From assembly GCA_965243325.1 (NCBI GenBank), contig CBDEUQ010000003.1, positions 830,300 to 894,299 of the forward strand: a stretch of DNA of 64,000 nucleotides, written 5' to 3'. This DNA comes from Alphaproteobacteria bacterium (lineage in GTDB: Bacteria; Pseudomonadota; Alphaproteobacteria; UBA7887). Below are positions 59,640 through 64,000 of this stretch, one piece after another (positions within the stretch are counted from its first letter, which is position 1; each line of letters opens with the position of its first letter). The notes beneath the pieces were generated by a model. The model ran no database searches. It was given only the letters and a program-made list of their open reading frames with translations, and was not told where the DNA came from. The translations under genes were made by a program, and so were the position numbers.

Positions 59640-60565
59640 GCCACCAATTCCCGATAGCTGATCCGCCGGCCGCCCATGTCGCGCACCAGCGCGTCCATGC
59701 GGTCGATGGTGTCGGCGGCACACCGGCCCTCGTTCAGCCGCATCGTCGCCTCGTTGACGTAGCGATGCAGGTGCTTGGGCGAGACATGGTGCCAAGTGCC
59801 GTGGATCGAGCGTTTCAGCACCGCCCAGACGGCCTCGATCCCGTTGGTATGCACCGGCCCGCGGACATATTCGCCGGCGCTGTGGTTCACGGCGTCGTGA
59901 TCCTGCGGCAACCCGGCGTAGATGCTGGACTCGTCCGTGTAGACGGTCGCATCGCTTTCCACGTTGTCGGCGGCGAACGCACGGGCCGTCGCGCCGTCGG
60001 CGTTCCTGACGGGCATTGCCACGGTCTCGCCGCCCCGTTCCCGCGCGCCCATGACCGCGACCTTGCCGCCCGGGCCGCCGCCGGGCCGCAGCTTCTTCGA
60101 GGCGTGCTTCGCCGCTTCCTTGCCGCCGATATAGACCTCATCGATCTCGACGACGCTGGCGAGCTGGAACGTGCCGCCGACACACGCTTCCCGAATGCGG
60201 TGAAGCATGTACCAGGCCGTCCGGTACTGGACGCCAAGCTCCTTCGACAACTGCATCGCCGACACGCCCTTGCGCGCCGTCATGACGCTGTAGATCGCGA
60301 CGATCCAGTTTTGCAGCGGCGTCTTCGTCGCGTGCATGATCGTCCCGGTCGTGACCGTGAACTGCTTCCGGCAGTCGCCGCACCAGTACGTATGCGGCTT
60401 GCTCTTGGGGCGGCTGATCTTGTCGCAGGAACCGCAATGCGGGCACGCCGGCTCGTTGTTCCAGCGCACGCGCTCAAGCCACGCGATGCACGTTTTCTGA
60501 TCGGGGAACATCCGCAGAAGCTGCGTGATGCTGATCGTCTCGGCTGTCCCCTTGGCTTTCGGCAT
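59636..60565 (-). CDS. IS1595-family transposase
   Basis: CPHCG..CGDC zinc ribbon, VEIDEVYIGG, YTDE, VNHS, HTNGIE, YVNE. Confidence 0.95.
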   Translation of the reverse strand: MPKAKGTAETISITQLLRMFPDQKTCIAWLERVRWNNEPACPHCGSCDKISRPKSKPHTYWCGDCRKQFTVTTGTIMHATKTPLQNWIVAIYSVMTARKGVSAMQLSKELGVQYRTAWYMLHRIREACVGGTFQLASVVEIDEVYIGGKEAAKHASKKLRPGGGPGGKVAVMGARERGGETVAMPVRNADGATARAFAADNVESDATVYTDESSIYAGLPQDHDAVNHSAGEYVRGPVHTNGIEAVWAVLKRSIHGTWHHVSPKHLHRYVNEATMRLNEGRCAADTIDRMDALVRDMGGRRISYRELVA

Positions 60566-60650
60566 GTCGGCGCTCCCGTGTTGCGGACTATATATAATCA
60601 TCCGCAGGCCGGGCCGCAAGAGGTTTTGCGGATTTTGCTACACAATTCCC

Positions 60651-61790
60651 TCCCTTTTCTATGCGGGCATGGTGCGTAGCAAGAACGTGCTCTCGGTGTT
60701 GATGCAATGCTTTGCCATCACGGCGCTGACGAGCATCTTGTGGGCCTTCTGGGCATACAGCATCGCGTTTGATGCGGGAAACGGCTTCATGGGTGGGTTC
60801 GACAAGGTGTTTCTTTCCGGTGTGACGGTGAATGCAGTCAGCGGCACTATTCCGGAAACCGTGTTCATGACGTTCCAGATGACGTTCGCGATCATCGCCC
60901 CTGCCCTCATCGTCGGCGCCTTCGCCGAGCGCATGAAATTCTCCGCAATGCTCTGGTTCATGGGTCTGTGGGTAACGGCCGTGTACGCGCCGATTGCACA
61001 CTGGGTTTGGGGCGGGGGCTGGCTCGGCGGGCTTGGGATCCTGGACTTTGCGGGCGGAACGGTGGTGCACATCAACGCGGGCATCGCGGGCCTTGCGGCG
61101 TGCATCGCGGTAGGCAAGCGCAAGTCGTATCCGAGCGTCCCGATGCCGCCGAACAACCTCGGGTATACCGTCGTCGGGGCGGCGATGCTGTGGGTCGGCT
61201 GGTTCGGTTTCAACGCGGGAAGCGCCCTCGCGGCTGATGGTACCGCCGGCATGGCGATGGCGGTAACCCAGCTTTCCACCGCATCTGCCGCCCTCGCCTG
61301 GATGTTCAGCGAATGGATGACACAGAGAAAGCCCACTGTGCTCGGGATTGCTTCGGGAGCAATTGCGGGGCTGGTTGCGATTACGCCCGCAAGCGGTTCC
61401 GTGGGGCCGATGGGAGCAGTTGTAATCGGCATGGTTTCCGGCATCCTTTGCTTTGTCGCCTCGACCAGGTTGAAGGCCGCCCTCGGCTACGACGATTCGC
61501 TTGACGTCTTCGGCATTCATTGCACCGGAGGAACCGTCGGTGCGTTGCTCACCGGAATCTTCTGTGCGGAGGCGCTTGGAGGCACGGGGTTCGGGGACGG
61601 AAATGCGTGGATCGGCGACCAGCTTGTCGCTCAGACATTTGGAGTTGTGGCCACCGGCCTGTACACGTTCGTCGTTAGCTTTGTGCTGCTCAAGTTTCTC
61701 GATGCGGTGATCGGGCTGCGCGTGAGCGAGGTGGACGAGGAAGAAGGCCTCGACCTCGCCCTCCATGACGAAAGCGGCTACATCCTCTGA
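60651..61790 (+). pseudogene. amtB: Ammonium transporter 3' part
   Basis: FQMTFAII, DFAGGTVVHINAG, WFGFNAGS, DDSLDVFGIH, GLDLALHDE. Confidence 0.93.
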
Positions 61791-62231
61791 GGGGTCCGAC
61801 GGAAGCACCGGACGCGTCAACTCCCGGTATCGGGATCGGCGACGCGGTTGGCTTGGGAGGACTCCTGGGGGTTGTTCTTGTCCGTACGGCCTGCACTTCG
61901 CCGACGAGGATTCAGCTTGGCTCTCGGTCCGGTGCCTCAAGTGCGGGAAGGAAGGGCACGGCTCCCGGGCGCAACTGTTTCCCGGAGTCGGCCTCGTTGT
62001 GCAGGGTCTTGTCCATTGCATGATCCATGTTTCAGTCCGAATAGAGTCCGGGAGTGTCAGTCCTTCGGGAATGGCGCGTTGGGCATCGCGGACTGCTTGT
62101 GCACAGTCGAAGTTGGAGTGACGACGTGCTGCCTTGGGCAGTCGTGACGCCGCCCAACGCCATGGCGTGAACAATCCGGGGCGGAATTGCCCAAAGCGTG
62201 AGATTTGTTCGAACGAAATGAACGCGCGAAC

Positions 62232-62648
62232 ATGAAATCGACGCTCCTTGCATCTATGGTCGTTGCTGCAGTCATCGCCCTTGGCGCGCCGGCGAACGCC
62301 CAACAGGGAATGGGCCATGGCGATACTGCCGGCCTCGACGACGCGATGGCATTGGGTGCAGAATCCGAGCCCCTTCGGAGCGGACGGCGCAATGAGGAAA
62401 TGCCGACAGCGGAGATTGGGAAGCCGAGCGGCGTTCAGGGCCGCTCGGGACGACGCAACGCGGAGACCACGAACCGGGACACGAGAAGCGGACCAGACCT
62501 CGCCGGCGGGAGAACGGGGCGTCGCGCGGACGTTGATCGGGCCCGCACGGGCCGTTCGGTGCTCGAGTACTGGCTTGCTGCAATCGGGGCGGCGACGATT
62601 GTCGTGGTGGGGACGGGTGTGACGTTCATGCGGCGGCGCAAACGGTGA
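62232..62648 (+). CDS. Secreted low-complexity protein with C-terminal TM and basic tail
   Basis: Signal peptide MKSTLLASMVVAAVIALGAPANA; C-terminus WLAAIGAATIVVVGTGVTFMRRRKR. Confidence 0.65.
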   Translation: MKSTLLASMVVAAVIALGAPANAQQGMGHGDTAGLDDAMALGAESEPLRSGRRNEEMPTAEIGKPSGVQGRSGRRNAETTNRDTRSGPDLAGGRTGRRADVDRARTGRSVLEYWLAAIGAATIVVVGTGVTFMRRRKR

Positions 62649-62934
62649 ATCGCTCCGGGAGCTTCGAAGACGCGTTTTTCCGAAAGAGTCAGTGCGTCGT
62701 GGCAAGGCGCCATTCCCTGGCTTGGAATACCCGCGAATGGAGGACCGTCGGACCCTTTATTCGGCTATGATTCAGTTGGTTGTGCTGAATCTGACCAGGC
62801 GTCGTCTCGGTGACCTTCGCCAAAGGGTAAGCGTTTGGCGTACCCGGCCTTGCGGGGTGCGTGTTTGAAGGCGCAGTTTCCGATGGGAAGGTCCAGAGGT
62901 CGATGGTATCCACCATCGGTTGGTGGACACGTAA

Positions 62935-64000
62935 GCGATGGAGTGGACGCCCCTCCCGACGGCATCGCAATGTGCCAAGTTGGCGGTGTCGTAAACGCCA
63001 AGAGAGGAAAGGGGCGTCCATGGAACAGGTTAGCATGATCGGGATCGATCTCGCGAAGAACAGCTTTCAGCTTCACGGCGCGCGGCCCGATGGATCGGTC
63101 GCGTTCCGGAAGAAGCTGAGCCGGGCGAAGGTGCTGGGGTTTCTGGTCTCGCAGCAGCCCTGCACAGTCGCGATGGAAGCCTGCGGCGGTGCGCACCATT
63201 GGGGCCGCGAGATCAGCCGCCTGGGCCATGCGGTGCAGTTGGTTCCGCCGGCCTACGTGAAGGCTTACGTCAAGCGACAGAAGAACGATGCGGCGGATGC
63301 GGAGGCGATCTGCGAGGCAGCATCGCGCCCGACGATGAGTTTTGTGGCTGTGAAGACCGTCGAGCAGCAGGCCCGGGGCATGCTGTTCCGCACGCGTGAT
63401 CTCCTGGTACGCCAGCGCACCCAGACCATCAACGCCTTGCGCGGTCATCTGGCGGAGTTCGGCATCGTTGCTCCCCAGGGTCCGGCCCATGTCGGGCGCT
63501 TGGCGTCGGCGCTTGAAGACCCGGACTTGGATCTGCCGGACGCGGTCCACGATCTGGCCGGCCTTCTGCTGAACCAGATTGCCGGGCTTGGCGAGAAGAT
63601 CGATGGCCTTGAAGAGGAAATCCGGGCGGTGGCCCGGCAGGACGAGGAGGCGCGCCGTCTGATGACCGTGCCGGGGATCGGGCCGATCACCGCGATGGCG
63701 GTCCAGTCCTTCGCGCCGCCGATGGAGACCTTCCGGCGCGGCCGGGACTTCGCCGCCTGGCTCGGCCTGGTGCCGCGCCAGCACACGACTGGCGGCAAGC
63801 CGCGCCTGGGCAAGATATCGAAGATGGGCCAGCGTGACTTGAGGCGGCTGCTGATCACGGGCGCCATGGCGGTCGTTCGCTGGGCGGCTCGGCGCGGCAG
63901 GACGAACGACCCATGGCTTGCCAGGATGCTGGCGCGCAAACCGCGCATGCTCGTCGCCGTGGCGCTGGCCAACCGGATGGCGCGCATCGTCTGGGCGCTG
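62935..64000 (+). mobile_element. IS110-family (IS1111-type) element, left part
   Basis: Sub-terminal ATGGAGTGGACGCCCCT sequence followed by an IS110 transposase. The exact left end is uncertain. Confidence 0.8.
63020..64000 (+). CDS. IS110-family DEDD transposase/recombinase (runs off the window)
   Basis: Manual translation MEQVSMIGIDLAKNSFQLHG...MEACGGAHHW...KNDAADAEAI...TVPGIGP...WLGLVP...TGGK. Confidence 0.93.
   Translation, partial: MEQVSMIGIDLAKNSFQLHGARPDGSVAFRKKLSRAKVLGFLVSQQPCTVAMEACGGAHHWGREISRLGHAVQLVPPAYVKAYVKRQKNDAADAEAICEAASRPTMSFVAVKTVEQQARGMLFRTRDLLVRQRTQTINALRGHLAEFGIVAPQGPAHVGRLASALEDPDLDLPDAVHDLAGLLLNQIAGLGEKIDGLEEEIRAVARQDEEARRLMTVPGIGPITAMAVQSFAPPMETFRRGRDFAAWLGLVPRQHTTGGKPRLGKISKMGQRDLRRLLITGAMAVVRWAARRGRTNDPWLARMLARKPRMLVAVALANRMARIVWAL

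Larger units (their letters stand above)
57249..60650 (-). mobile_element. IS1595-family element with passenger genes
   Basis: Perfect 24-bp TIR GGGAATTGTGTAGCAAAATCCGCA (57249-57272 / 60627-60650); 8-bp TSD TCCCTTTT (57241-57248 / 60651-60658). Confidence 0.96.

Overview
High-GC, probably alphaproteobacterial DNA. About 1-44.5 kb and 54-64 kb are accessory, IS- and toxin-antitoxin-rich sequence around a short housekeeping-like block (MotA/ExbB-like operon, tRNA-CAT, Dyp peroxidase, MFS transporter, enoyl-CoA hydratase, iorAB). The main signal is a porin + terminator + CoA-transferase unit present three times. The porin alleles share near-identical strand regions but differ in their loops, and each lies next to tyrosine recombinase sequence. 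Only allele 2 (6729-7931, minus strand) has an RBS and ATG. The inverted allele 3 (from 39538, plus strand) is cut after codon 2 at a shared GGTTTCT-CTTGAG core just upstream of an intact integrase. This suggests a recombinase-driven porin switch or an allele-replacement system. Between the two alleles is a ~30 kb mobilisable island with a MobF relaxase, three RHH genes, a WD40-TM-STAND receptor with a partner ATPase, a primase-helicase, a HelD-like helicase, TA modules and IS elements. An IS1595 carrying two paralogous unknown genes and a methyltransferase-HNH fusion interrupts amtB. All calls come from reading motifs by eye; no database searches were run.
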